64,000 bases of DNA from contig NW_025964346.1 in NCBI RefSeq assembly GCF_023055435.1, positions 2,418,001 to 2,482,000 of the forward strand. The letters run 5' to 3'. Below the pieces are notes generated by a model. It did not search any database and was not told the DNA's origin. It saw nothing but the letters and a program-made list of their open reading frames with translations. Both the position numbers and the translations under genes were made by a program. How positions within the stretch are numbered: position 1 is the first letter of the stretch; each line of letters starts with the position of its first letter. This DNA comes from Haliotis rufescens. Its lineage: Eukaryota. Positions 25,901 through 40,900 of this stretch are shown piece after piece.

Positions 25901-28900
25901 AAACTGAGCGCGTGACAATCGCGTCTGACCATGGCACGGGGTTGATGTACTTATACTCCATTTTGGCTGTGTTACATGTTACAAGCTCCAATAAGGTCGG
26001 AAGGAAATTGCCAATTGCATTTGTCACTAGATAAAGTCTTAACACTGACGGAGTCTAATATCCAGAGAGGCACCATTTGAACAGGTCCAAACCTCTGGGA
26101 AATATTAACAAAAGGAATGTGATAAATGTGGGCTGCTATCTCAGCGTGTAACCTGTTTCATACATGGCTACAAGCGATGGAAGTGAAGGGTTAGCAAAAA
26201 CTTACCTGATTCTTGAGAGTTGCTGACGGCCTCAAGTGTCTGTAATATTGTAATAAACCCTTTCAGGAAATTAACAACACCGCAATTATTTGTTATGTTC
26301 TTGCTTTATTTTCGGTTTAGTTGAGGGAGGGGAGTCGAGGGGAGGGGAGGGGAGGGGAGGGGAGGGGAGTCAAGGGGAGGGGAGGGGAGTTGAGGGAGGG
26401 GAGGGGAGGGGAGGGGAGTTGAGGGGAGGTGAGTCGAGGGGAGGGGAGTCAAGGGGAGGGGAGGGGAGTTGAGGGAGGGGAGGGGAGTGGAGGGGAGTCA
26501 AGGGGAGGGGAGGGGAGTTGAGGGGAGGGGAGTCGAGGGGAGGGGAGTCAAGCGGAGGTGAGTCAAGGGTAGGGGAGGTGAGTCGAGGGGAGGGGAGGGG
26601 AGTCGAGGGGATGGGAGGGGAGGTGAGTCAAGGGGAGGTGAGTCAAGGGGAGTCGAGGGGAGGGGAGTCAAGGGGAGGGGAGGTGAGTCGAGGGGGGAGG
26701 GGAGGTGAGTCGAGGGGTTGGGTGGGGAGTCAAGGGGAGGGGAGTTGAGGGAGGGGAAGTGAGGGGAGTTGAGGGGAGGGGAGGGGTGGGGAGTCGAGGG
26801 GAGGGGTGGGGAGTCGAGGGGAGGGGAAGTGAGGGGAGTTGAGGGGAGGGGAGGGGAGGGGAGGGGAGGGGTGGGGAGTCAAGGGGAGGGGAGGGGAGTT
26901 GAGGGGAGGGGAGACGAGGGGAGGGGAGGGGAGTTGAGGGAGGGGTGGGGAGGGGAGTCAAGGGGAGGGGAGGGGAGTTGAGGGAGGGGAGGGGAGGGGA
27001 GGGGAGTTGAGGGAGGGGAGGGGAGTCAAGGGGAGGGGAGGGGAGTTGAGGGAGGGGAGGGGAGGGGAGTCAAGGGGAGGGGAGGGGAGTTGAGGGAGGG
27101 GAGGGGAGGGGAGTCAAGGGGAGGGGAGGGGAGTTGAGGGAGGGGAGGGGAGTCAAGGGGAGGGGAGGGGAGGGGAGGGGAGTTGAGGGAGGGGAGGGGA
27201 GGGGAGTCAAGGGGAGGGGAGGGGAGTTGAGGGAGGGGAGGGGAGTCAAGGGGAGGGGAGGGGAGTTGAGGGAGGGGAGGGGAGTCAAGGGGAGGGGAGG
27301 GGAGTCGAGGGGAGTCAAGGTGAGGGGAGGGGAGGGGAGGGGAGGGGAGTCGAGGGGAGGGAGTCAAGGGGAGGGGAGTTGAGGGAGGGGAGGGGAGTTG
27401 AGGGGAGGGGAGTCAAGGGGAGGGGAGGGGAGTTGAGGGAGGGGAGTCAAGGGGAGGGGAGGGGAGTCGAGGGGAGGGGAGTCAAGGGGAGGGAGGGGAG
27501 GGGACGGCAGGGGACGGCAGAGGACATGAGGGCAGTTGTTTCGTAAAGTTAATTCTCATGGCTACATTCGGCGTAGTAGGCCATGGTTCAGAAAGTAGGA
27601 AGGAGGGTGTGGGGACGGGATGTGGTGTGTGTGTTTGTGTGTGTGTGTCTGTGGGCGTGTGGGCGTGCGTTAGTGTGTGTGCGTGCGTGCTTTCGTGTGT
27701 TGGATCTAGACTAGATATCACTGTTTGAAAAGGTAGATCATTCAACGTGTCTTGATGAGAGCTTAAGTTCTGTTGATAGATTCTTGCAAAGTGTTGATTT
27801 ACAGTATTGGAAAGATGTATGGCCCAAAGTCTTCAGCTGATGTTCACTTTCAGAACGGGGAAATCTATGTATATGGGTATGTTTTGGCACCAGTTGCAGT
27901 GGGGCTGATTCATTGAAGCACTTGTAGGCTGGTGCTCATAGTTTCAGTTCAACTATGTTTTGAGAGCAACCAACGAGCGACATCGGAGCAGGATGAAACT
28001 TTGACGTTCTCGTTTCGATATGTGCAGCTGTGTTGTATGCGCTGAAGCCTTTTGAGTTGTTGATTGGTGATGTCTACCATCAAGCTATTACAACAGTCAC
28101 GCACTGACAGGACTGAAGATCTGACCAGGTGCAGCTCATTGTGAGCAGGTGTCAAGTGCTTCCTATGATGATATGAAACAAGTCTTGCAAATGTGGATTA
28201 CATGCTATTTTATTTTTAGGCAGAAGTCCAGATGAGCCCCACCAGTATTAGAGAAAGCAGTGTTGGAGACCCCAACTAGAATGTCGTTAACTCTAATCTG
28301 TCCTGTTTCAGCTTTGACTTGCTTCCCACCAGCATCTTGTCGTTTTATCTCAGCTTGTTTTCAATCATCCACGACATGATTGTTCTCGGGTGATCTTTGG
28401 ACGCCCTCGGGCGTAGCAGTAGTAGCTCGTGAGACATCTAGTTTTGATTTGACTCGTACTTTAAACTAGTATATAGCGTGAAAACAATTGGTCCGAGAAC
28501 TGATCCTTGGGGAACACCACGCTGGAGAAGGTTGTTTGCATCCATCTGTGCCTTTTCAATCACTGGAGATATGAACGGTAAATTTGTTTTAGATTTTAGG
28601 TCTAACACAACCTTTCTTGAAACTTCGTGGAACTTCCCAAGATGGAAGACTTTGATTAATAATATTTGTTATGACAGGAAGTAGATTATCAGGATGATCG
28701 ATCACTATCTGTGTTGGGGTAGGATTATGTCGGCAGTGATGTTGGTTTCCACTCCATAATCATTTTCCGTACATCTAACTCTGAGAATGGTTTATATTCC
28801 TCCATAATGATGCTATTGCAACTGTCATGCCAGTCAGGTCAGATCAAACGGAGACTCGCCACAAAAACCATCTGTGACGTCATTATTCATTGATTAGACA

Positions 28901-31900
28901 ATTAATTAAATTAATATCAATACAGTCATTAATATTCTGGCCCATGCCAATCAAGAAGGCAATCTGAAGTGGCTACAAAGTGACAATTCCACACCCGGCT
29001 AAAGCATGGTGCCACGTGTTGTATTTATTTGATAAAACGTATATCATGTCAAACTGTAAATGCGTAAATTCCGAATGTTAGTCGATATAAGGACCTTTAT
29101 CAAATGTCGTTAATGAGGGTCACGTATAAGCTGTCATGTCTCAATTCCCGCCTGAATTCATGTTCAGAATCTAAATTGCGTACACATTAACCACCATTCC
29201 AAGTTTAGTCGGGTACATGGGTCAAAATTCAATGTATTGGCCAGATGACAAGAGTTGTGTTGATTAAAGGACACTTAATTTTCTATATTATATGTGTATG
29301 TAAACCAACAAGAAAGTATACAAACACAATTTGAGAAAAATACACAATTTACGTGCAGAAGGTTGGATAGGGACTAAGTTTGATCACGTGTAAAATTACT
29401 TTGAAGCTAAAGGTTACTGCATGTGAAGCATGGTACCTTACATATAATATAACATAATCAATCTCTGCTGAAAGCAGACTCTGTTGTTTTATTATCACTT
29501 TACATAACGCAATGATACCAGTTGTTCACGCAGGTAAGGCAAGCAGAGCAATGGGATTGGTTCAGTTGGGGGCATGTCACGTCGACGTCGCAATAATCAT
29601 GAACTGTATGAAAACGACGATCACCATGCTGATGTTGATGTGGCGTTACAGACCACGAAGTCGAGGACCCCGTCACAAACACATGCAAAGGTAAGTCAAT
29701 TGATAATCTGACAAAAACACTGGAACCTATGGTACAAGTCAAAATGGGAAATTGCATCGTCCATCACTTTTTGTCACAGATGCCAAGGATTTGAAAATGT
29801 CTACCATAAATCTTTGTTCAAGCTGAACTGAGGCCTTGAATGTTGAAACTCTTGTGCAAGAGTGTGACGCACTGTATGCATAGATGTAAATATGAAACAG
29901 ACGCGGCGGTCTCACTGGTCTCCTCTATTTCTAGTTCAGGTGGGTAAATCAGGGGAAGGAAATTGGCTATTTGATGATTATTGAACAATGTCTGATCATC
30001 GATATACCTGCAGTTTAATTTTGGGGGGCCAAATTACCTTGTTTTGACTTTGCCAATCCAAGCAGACGTCCGGGTTCATATGCATAAAGAGACAGATCAG
30101 CAAGCAAGGGATGCCTACTTCTTGCCTAAGTGTGTTCCCCCCGAAGATGTTGTCAATGTGGAAGTGCAGCATTTCACATATTGTTTTCACAGTAAACTTC
30201 AGACGGCATTTGCTTTCATGTTTGATAAATTGCCCTGAACCCTGGAAGATAGGCATGTAACTGTATCTGTGGTCACCACGTTCTGTAACAAGGAATGAAG
30301 TTTTCATTAAACTTTCCATGTGGAATAGTGGTGTATATAGTTGCAAAATGAAATGTTTTGACAGAAAAACCTGTTTTTTTATGAGACTGCAAAGAGTCAA
30401 GAATATCCTTTGGAGGTTTTCAGTATGCACATTGTATTGATTCCACTTGTCTCAAATACCTTCTGTGATTATAAACAGTCCTTCCTTGACCAATTAAGAG
30501 TTATGGATAATCTTTGAGACTGGGGTCTAAACGTCAAACGTTCCATGTATGAAGGTCACACCCCTGGGTTTTTTGTTGTTGTTTTGTTTTGTTTTGTTTT
30601 TTTGTTTGTTTGTTTGTTTGTTTTTTTTTTGGGGGGGGGGGGAGAGAGACTTTAGTCTTGTTCTTACTTTGTGAAATCCCATTGGTTCGTTAAAAAGGGG
30701 CAAGAAATCTCCCAAAATAATGGTATCCTTTGGCCTTCGTCCTTTCTGGTCACCATGGCTGCGACGATGTCTTTGATGCCGGACCGAGCCTCAATGCCTT
30801 GACGTGTGCAGTTCGCTGTATAGATAGACTACCAAGTCTTTTGTTTTGTCACAACATCCATATGGCATTGCTGTCGAATCCAATAACATGTTATAAGGTC
30901 TACTGTGTTTAAGGCTATTAGATGGATGATATATTTTCTCTGATATTTAAAATTTCTCGCATTTCTTTCTGAACCTTCTGCTCCTATAGGAAATTATCAA
31001 CTTTAAGGAGAAAAGCAAAAATAAAAAGTGTCCTTTAAGATTGCAAACATTTTTACGTGCTTAAGGTCTGAAGAGCAAATTTTGACCCATCACTTCGTTT
31101 GTTTTCAGATCATTTTTATATTCAGCTATTGTGTCAATTTTAGAAATTTGTGTTACATGTTACGACAATGTCGGAATTGCAAGTATATCGTCGACGAGTA
31201 TGTTTCAGAATCAAACTTGCGTTTGACTTCAGATTTTGATTTATTCAAAACTTGTCCAAAAGTAACACGTCTGTGCATATCAATCATTGTCTTTTTAAGA
31301 CCTCATTCGTTTTGTTCAACTTACGTGTCAAAGACTTTCTCATGTCAAACTCCAACTTGTGTGCGTATCAACGACTTTTTCATGTCAAACTCCAACTTGT
31401 GTGCGTATCAACGACTTTCTCATGTCAAACTCCAACTTGTGTGCGTATCAACGACTTTCTCATGTCAAACTCCAACTTGTGTGCGTATCAAAGAGTTTCT
31501 CATGTCAAACTCCAACTTGTGTGCGTATCAACGACTTTCTCATGTCAAACTCCAACTTGTGTGCGTATCAAAGACTTTCTCATGTCAAACTCCAACTTGT
31601 GTGCGTATCAAAGAGTTTCTCATGTCAAACTCCAACTTGTGTGCGTATCAACGACTTTCTCATGTCAAACTCCAACTTGTGTGCGTATCAAAGAGTTTCT
31701 CTTGTCAAACTCCAACTTGTGTGCGTATCAAAGAGTTTCTCTTGTTAAACTCCAACTTGCGTGCGTATCAAAGAGTTTCTCTTGTCAAACTCCAAATTGT
31801 GTGCGTATCAAAGAGTTTCCCTTGTCAAACTCCATCTTGCGTTAGTGTCAAAGACTTTGTCATGTAAAACTCCACCTTATCTCATATTTACCGTGGATAT

Positions 31901-34900
31901 CAACGGTAAAGTCATGCAAGGAATACAACATTGCGTGTATTTCAATAATTGCATCATATTTAGACTTCAACTTGCGTTTATTTCAACGACTGAATAAATA
32001 AATCATGTACAGAATGTCATATCTGTATGCATGCACATCATTACATTTTATTGTTTCAACATTAAGAAAATACCACTTATCGATATGAGGTACCATGTGA
32101 AACTAACATGCCTGATTCCCTTACTAGCCTAACCCTAACCCTAACCCTAACCCTTACAGTAGGAGCTTGTAACATGTGAGGAAGGTCGTAAGAGCCAATT
32201 AATATAAATTATGTTGAACATATTGTTCAAATTCCCAGGCATATTAAATGATTGTTGAGAGAGAAGACGATGTAACTTCAGCGACCTAGAGATAAGTACA
32301 TCACCAGGATTACTTATACCGTCACCCATCTGTTGGTATCGCGGTATTGTTGGCACCGATACCAATCGTCATGCACGTCACGGATTATTACATGGCGAAA
32401 TCGGGAACGCCGACTTCGGTTGGTTGAATAGAACGCATGTACGCGGACGATAACTACATCGCACTCGCTGAGAACACTCAACATAAAACAATCTGCATAA
32501 CACACCTGAAACAGATCAACCTCGCATCAATATTGATAAAACCAACTACTGATTCGCATGCATGCATGCAAGCACACACTCAGACAGTCGCGCAAAGAAA
32601 CACACTAACACACACACACAAACAAAGACATACTGACACACACACACACACAAGCAGACACATACACTCACACACACGCACACACACAGACATACACGCA
32701 CACTCACACACAGAGACACGTGCACACATTGACACACACTAACTTACACTAAGAAATATGACACGAAGGTTACGCGTTCGACCCTCGGAAATATGATGGA
32801 AACATTTGTCATTTGATATTACAATTCCCAGAAGGCTGTGGACAATAGCTACTGTCTGTGTACCCAAGACTGCTACGTTGATGATAAGCATAGGACGCTA
32901 CGTTGATGATAAGCATAGGACTCACATATGGCTGAAAGATACTTACCAGAAACAAGCTTTCCTAGAACTGACCTTAAAAATCTCCAGTCACGTCATGCTA
33001 TTTGTGGGGCGGTCGGGTAGCCTAGTGGTTAAAGCATTGGATCGTCACGCCGAAGACCCGGGCTCGATTCCCAACATGGGTACAATGTGTGAAGCCCATT
33101 TCTGGTGTCCCCCGCCGTGATATTGCTGGAATATTGCTAAAAGCGGCGTAAAACCATACTCACTCACTCACTCATCCTTTTTGTGTCCAGTTGGGTTAAA
33201 ACTCATAAAAAGTGATGTTATGACATCCCGGATATTTTGTTAAAACAATTGTAAATTAATTGTAACATATGAACGTATCTTCCTAGAAAATTATCCTGTT
33301 GAACACAATCTAATGAAATGTAATATCAAATGACAAATGTTTTCATCATATTTCCGAGGATGGAACGCGTAACCTTGTTGTCTGTAGCCCAGTGTGTGTA
33401 CCACTAGGCTCCAAGGGCGCTAAGAACGATGATGCTTTCAAGTACCGTGCGTCAGCAACAGATATTGTACGCCCGTTTCCAAAGGTTCATGGAAAGTATG
33501 TTTGGCACATGTAAATGTTTATGAATGTTGTTTAATATTTCTTTTTTCGCTTTATAAGTTGAATAAAACACTTCCCCTCTGTTTTTATGATATTTATGAC
33601 GCTTGTCGGTTTTATCCCGCGGATGCAGGTTTTAAGCATTGTAACAACCCTCGGACGTGCTGTATCCGACACATATCGCCACACGGAGTAAGTTGATATG
33701 TAGGTGATATCTAACAGCTTTGATTGCCATATATTTTGTTGTAGACTGTATGCAAACATCACCATCCAATAACCATTTCTTGTTTGTTTCATTTTAGTCA
33801 CCGCCAATAATGGGAGCATACTTCCTTTTGGCCGGCAGTGTGTGGTATGCTTTACAGTCCACGTGCTAGTTAAATCTTAACTCAGAAATATAAAAAATGT
33901 CGTACATTGGTTCACAAACAGATGTGTTCACAACTCATGGAACTACATGCAAGTGACTCACTTCAGCTATCTGGTCACACCTAATCAAGTTAAAACTATT
34001 CATGTGTTCAGTGGACTTTCCAATCATATCATTATAGAACAAGAAAACAGCATTATCACTCTCCCCCGACATGGGGCACGTGAGAGTTTTACTTGTCCAT
34101 ATAGTAGGGAATGTAGACTATAAAAAAGTCCTATTTAGCCTTTAAAAGAACCACTTAGGCCGCTTTATGTCATCGGAACCATTGATTAAATTTGAAATTA
34201 ATACACACGAAAGGCCACTTCTCTGGATCAAATAACTATGTCTTGATAACTATCTCTGGGATAAGCTGACTCAGTAGTTGCTGAGAAAACTTGCCCCCAT
34301 TGCACACAGTATGCACCAAGTAAACAAACATGGATCAAGGGCCGTAACTCTCGAAACAAAAGAATTACGGGACCAATTGTCGAACTCAGTCTTGACAAGC
34401 ATCTGTTAGATAAGCATGTAAACTTTTATTCATGTAATTTCAGTAGTTGATGAGAAAACTTGTCCACAATTTTACAAGTACCCAAATTGAAAAGCACGGA
34501 GCAAGGGCCATAACTCTGTAAAATATTAATGTACGACACCAATTTTCGAACTCATTTGAGATCGTGACAAGTGACATCAGTGTGAAGAATTTCATTTCTC
34601 AGACTTAAATAGTTTTTGAGAATTTGTCCCAATTGTGAAGTGGACGGCCGGGTGGACGGACGGACGAATCCAGTTCCCATATTTCCCGCCCCACTTCGTG
34701 GCGAGGGATTATAACGCCAGACCGCCATTACGGTTATTTGAACAGACAAGCAAACTTAAGTTACATACCCATCATATACCCGTGTCTCCTCGCTTACCGT
34801 GTTAGAATTGATCCCTAGCAACCACTGCTTGCTGTGAGAGGCGAAGTGCGAAGCTACAAACAGGCAAACAAACAAACAAACAAATACTTGTACTTACCGC

Positions 34901-37900
34901 AACTGTCTTCTCTGATCTTCACATAAATCACTTCCAAACCTGTCTCTCACATGCCAAGTCTTCTGCAGATAAGACCGAACTGTGACAAAACAGTAAGAGC
35001 CAAATGGAAAAGCACAGCACTATCAAACTGTGTCAAAACAGTAAAACCAAACAGTGTCAAAACAGTAAAACCAAACAGTGTCAAAACAGTAAAACCAAAC
35101 AGTGACAAAACAGTAAAACAAAACAGTGTCAAAACAGTAAAACCAAACAGTGTCAAAACAGTAAAACCAAACAGTGTCAAAACAGTAAAACCAAACAGTG
35201 TCAAAACAGTAAAACCAAACAGTGTCAAAACAGTAAAACCAAACAGTGTCAAAACAGTAAAACCAAACAGTGACAAAACAGTAAAACAAAACAGTGTCAA
35301 AACAGTAAAACCAAACAGTGTCAAAACAGTAAAACCAAACAGTGTCAAAACAGTAAAACCAAACAGTGTCAAAACAGTAAAACCAAACAGTGTCAAAACA
35401 GTAAAACCAAACTGTGTCAAAACAGTAAAACCAAACAGTGTCAAAACAGTAAAACCAAACAGTGTCAAAACAGTAAAACCAAACAGTGACAAAACAGTAA
35501 AACCAAACAGTGACAAAACAGTAAAACCAAACAGTGACAAAACAGTGAAACCAAACAGTGTCAAAACAGTAAAACCAAACAGTGTCAAAACAGTAAAACC
35601 AAACAGTGTCAAAACAGTAAAACCAAACAGTGACAAAACAGTAAAACCAAACAGTGACAAAACAGTGAAACCAAACAGTGTCAAAACAGTAAAACCCAAC
35701 AGTGTCAAAACAGTAAAACCAAACAGTGACAAAACAGTAAAACAAAACAAGAACTATCAGTTACAATCAGAGTCCATTGTACGACCCGACTACTAGTATA
35801 TCATAAGCATGTTTTCATGTAACACTATCAGATAGTAATGATACCAGGTGTTCGCAACACCCGTCACAAACACATGCAAACACAAGTCAATTGTTCACCT
35901 GAAAAATATGAGAACATATGATACGGGTCAAAACAGGGAATCATGCGTCACATTTAGACATGTAGTCAAGCAAGGGTGGCTGAAAATCAATTCTATCCCG
36001 GAACTCCATCGTCATGAAACTTTGAAGATGTAACTATACCTATGGTCTCCATGTTTAGTGACAGATGCCCCATGGACAAAGGAGTGTCGTGTTGGATAGT
36101 GGTGTACAAAGTGTAAACATAAAATGTTTCGACATTATTGAACATGGTTCCTTTTTGAGTTGGCAAACATTCCAACGAATAGACATGGAATTAATTCCAC
36201 TTGCCTCAAATACTTTCTGTGAATATATAGAAAACCTAGCTTTGATTGCATAAAGGATTATGGAAAGTCTTAGAGACGGGGAAGTGGCGGAACACTTGAT
36301 GAACCCAGCAATATACCTTTCCTTGTACGTATGTTTGAGCTTTGGAAGCAAGTACAAAAGAGGAAGGAGCGTATACATATTCAGGCTGTAGAGTCAAGTC
36401 AAAAGTTAATAGTGCTGATACGTTATTTTGGCAGATTTCTTCCCCAATTAACACACACGCCTGATCGATAGGTTCTTGTTTTAATGTTTGTCCTGTCGTG
36501 TTGGCAATTGTGTTTTATTTTGTTTTATAAAACAGGATACCAGGATAACAGTAGCCATAATGTTTAGTATTCGCGTTATTTGATGGGACATCGTTGGGAT
36601 ATGTTGATGCTTACATAAGACGCAGAGAGAACTATTTGTTTAAGCAGTAGGTAGGGCATTATTATCGAGAAATAATACATACATCAGTTCATTTCACCTT
36701 TGGTTCGTTCAACCTTCACCAAAATGCAAATGTTTTGTTCATCATGCACTGTACCTCACCTGGCATTCGTATGCACTGTAGTTAGTTCTGTATTTTATGA
36801 GTTATCCCCTGCAAAGGATGCTTTAATCCAATTATGCACTGTAGCTCACCTGACATTGGTATGCACTGTAGTTAGTTCTGTATTTTATGAGTTATCCCCT
36901 GCAAAGGATGCTTTAATCCAATTATGCACTGTAGCTCACCTGGCATTCGTATGCACTGTAGTTAGTTCTGTAGCAGTAGGTAGGGCATTATTATCGAGAA
37001 ATAATACATACATCTGTTCATTTCACCTTTGGTTCGTTCAACCTTCACCAAAATGCAAATTATTTGTTCATCATGCACTGTACCTCACCTGGCATTCGTA
37101 TGCACTGCAGTTAGTTCTGTATTTTAATAGTTATCCCCTGCAAAGGATGCTGTAATCTAAATATATACTGTAGCTCACCTGGCTTTCGTTGTCATAAACA
37201 CAGGTATTTAGGTTTACATTGGTGTTGCATATTTAGTTTACAAGACAAGTCTAGTGAATATATTAGGGCTAAACAAAAGATAAAAGATTTTAGGCTCAAT
37301 CGTCACCAAGACGACAATATCCGTCAATGGTGTGATAACGGATTCGTGGTATTTGTCGCGCTGCACGATTGTAATGATCGGGCCGACACGCTTCTGCCTC
37401 GGATTTTGCAATGGCATTACGGGGTATTTCTGGCTGCTCACCCATTTGATTACCGTGTCCACAACTTAAGCCAAGAAGTGATTACAATATAGCAGGTGCC
37501 TTCAGTTTTCTACTAAGTGGTCGATACCGGACAGAGTATTTGTGAAATAATCCCTAATCTCCGAGGGCAGGAGTTGGAAAAGCTAATTATATTGTCAGTT
37601 TAATTCTTCACAATGTCAGGATCAACAGTCATTTCACACACTCAACAATACATACAATGTTGTTGTCTGGTCTGTGATTGGCCCACTTTTCAGCTTCCTC
37701 TGCGCACATTGCATTGTGGGCACAGCGGAAACAGACAACGTATTCTTGCTAAAGAATTCTCTTCTTAGCCAGCAGTCTTCTGAGAAATGTTCTGGAGATA
37801 ATCGCGAAGGGTTCCCGGGCTGCAAGTAGGGTCGTCACGCCCCCAAGTAGGCCCAGGCACGTCTTGGAAGCGTGGGATTTCAGCACTTTCACTTGGATAT

Positions 37901-40900
37901 TTAAGTAATTTCTCTAAAAAATTACTTGTAGAACATGTCTGTGTCAAACATGCTTGTGTCGAACATGTCTGTGTCGAACATGGCCGTGTCGAACATTTAG
38001 CGTAGTTTGTTTCTTAAATATCGAGGATTTACGTTCCATGCTGGGAAATAGGTACACCTATACGTCTATATTTCACTGCTCGTTGAGGTAGAGGATACTT
38101 TATGTCTAAACTACATGTCAATCTGGATTTCATTTACATGCAACGTACTATAAATACTTCCTCGGGGTGCAGTTATGTCCCCCCTGCATTGTAGCTCACC
38201 TGGGACTGATTCAATAATAATCTTTGTGACTGGATGTTTGTTGCTGGAATAACCTTTGATTTATGATGCAGTAGGAATTATGCGACAGTGTCGTTTCACA
38301 TTCATAGTACAATGTATTCGAATGTTTCTTGTGCAGGTATGGGATTGTTTTCTGACGTTTATATTACTAAAACAATTCTTTACGGAACCATTCGTAACTG
38401 CAAGTTCGTTTATCTAACAATTCAATATTGAACCATCCGTTAATGAACCATTCGTTATTAACGATCGTTATTGAACCATTCGTTATTGAACCATTCTTTA
38501 TTGAACCATTCTTTATTAACCATTCGTTATTGAACCTTTCGTTATTGAACCATTCGTTATTGAACCATTCGTTGTTGAACCTTTCGTTATTAACAATCGT
38601 TATTGAACCATTCGTTTTTAACGATAGTTATTGAACCATCCGTTATTAACAATTCGTTATTGAACCATTCGATTCCTGTTGTTATCACTTCACGCTTTGT
38701 TCTCTATTCAAATATCAGTCGATGCACATATAGGCGCCTTCAGCAGTGTAGCTCACCTGATACAGTTTTCATGATACGAGACTTTACTGAGATGATGAAA
38801 ACAATCACAAATGTTGCATCACTTGTGTTGGCACGCCTCTCTTAAGACGCCTTTCTGTTGTCTCTTTTACCCTAGAGTTCTGCCCTTCCAATTACATGGT
38901 ATCTGTGATTAGACGGGGTTCGATTCACAGACGTGTCATAAGGACACATTAATACCATTGTTCTTTTCCCTTGTTGTTATTGCTCGCCTTGTTTGAATCT
39001 AGAGACGTATCGGCCTCCAAACTGAACAGTTAGCCGTGAGGATAGACATTACTAAATAATTTTACACGATGTACAGCTTTTCTATTGGACGAGAGGTCGG
39101 TCACATGACCGCGAAATTGTCATAAGTGTATGAACGACACAATTTGACGATCATACGTTTTTCACGAGACCGAGTTCTTGAAATGACGTAAACACTGACG
39201 GACTACTTCCACATTCATAGGGACCCCTGGGAAGTTCCTAGCACGAAAACATACAGATGCGTTCTTTCTGATCATTTAGAACCTTTAATCTTAAACTCAA
39301 CGTTTCAGTATACATTGAGAAACGTCAGAGGGTTTGACTGCATGGTTGTTAAGGAATATCCTTGCTATGACCCCTCCTAATGAACAAAACGTAGACATGC
39401 ACTTCTTAACTATCGTAGGGTCGACTCATCCATGTCCAGGCTGACAGTGACAGTCTCCAGCAATCTATGAATTTACCTTAGTGTCTGTTTGACACATCTT
39501 TCTTCACCGTTCAATGATAGGCCAGGTGATCAGTGATGACTAACACATGTAACCGCCACAGGTTCAAAAACAACTTCCTAAGTCACTCCCGTCATGTTTA
39601 TCGTGTCGGCCATTTTGACGTCTTGTACTTGATGTAAATGTATTATGACGCGCTGTCATTGTGACTGACTTACTGGGGTAGTTCTTTACAGACCTTTCTT
39701 ATGTAATGAGGATATTATTTGTGTACATTTGTTTACAGAAACTACAAAGGTTGTCCCTGTCGAGCATGTTGAGCATACAGAAGCTCATGTCGCCTCTCGT
39801 TTTGAAGAACAACTTTATACTACGATACAGCTGGTTGTTGTACGGCTGTCAGTGTAAACATGAAGTCACACGTACTAAATATAAGTGTGTAGATCAAGGT
39901 GTACGTCCTTCCAGGTAAACTAGTGATATAAAGATCCGACGTGCACAGTTTGGCCCTCACTATACAAAGGTTCATACTCACAATGAACTCCGAGAAAGTG
40001 AAAGTCAATTCTTAATGACGGCCAGAGCCCATGTCTCTCAATCTCCACTGATACTCAATACGTTTATTTAAATAAATAATATATGCGACAGTCAGTGTTT
40101 GTTTGCACTTTGATCATACATGATGTCACTCAGGGGTCCGCCATATTGAAATAGTTTACCGCAGTGTAGCTCATTCGGGGCAGAGTCAACTTGAAACATG
40201 TGGTGAAGCTTTTTAGTATATTTTAATATTGGTAGCTGACGATTATTGTTGTTTTGTTGGACTTGATATCCAACAGCGACAGGTAAACATTCATATTTCG
40301 CCACCGATCTACCGAGTTTTACAAACACAAGCTCACTTGGCGTTCATCCTTCCAGAGGACAATATAACAATGGCAACAAACGAATCGAAGCCAGGAGTTC
40401 TGATTACAAATGCTCAAGACTATTGTAAAAATACACTCTTGGGAAGGGAGGTTATCTAGATAGGATACGCCATACAAATAGTGATAATGGTGTGCTAAAT
40501 CTGAAATGACGATGCACAATCCGTTCTTTAAAGGCACACAACTATTATTTTAACGCTTTAGGCGTACTGGGCACTGTGGCTCACCTTCAGTTAATGGATG
40601 GACGCAATGTCTGTGCATGGACAGCCTTTCTGTACCATGTTATTCAAAAACTACAATACTATAACAAATAACATGCTTCTACTACTAATGAAGGTTTATA
40701 ACCCGAACAACATGTAGACATAGCTCACCTTTCTGTACCATGTTATTGTACTGTAGACTACAATACTATAACAAATAACATGCTTCTACTACTAATGCAG
40801 GTTTATAACCCGAACAACATGAAGACATAGCTCACCTTTCTGTACCATGTTATTGTACTGTAGACTACAATACTATAACAAATAACATGCTTCTACTACT

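Noticed and set aside
26290-27382. Gly/Glu/Arg-rich and Pro/Ser-rich ORFs
   Set aside because: Translations of the (GGGGA)n tract.
32127-32153. (TAACCC)n telomere-like repeat
   Set aside because: Only about four units, interstitial; not evidence of a telomere or chromosome fusion.
33006-33080. tRNA-like sequences with A/B boxes (also at 24320-24390, 19160-19215 and others)
   Set aside because: They are SINE heads continuing into a SINE body and tail, often with TSDs, not tRNA genes.
34947-35796. ORFs of 240-281 aa (KTVKPNSV / FGFTVLTL)
   Set aside because: Products of a stop-free 24-bp minisatellite, open on both strands.
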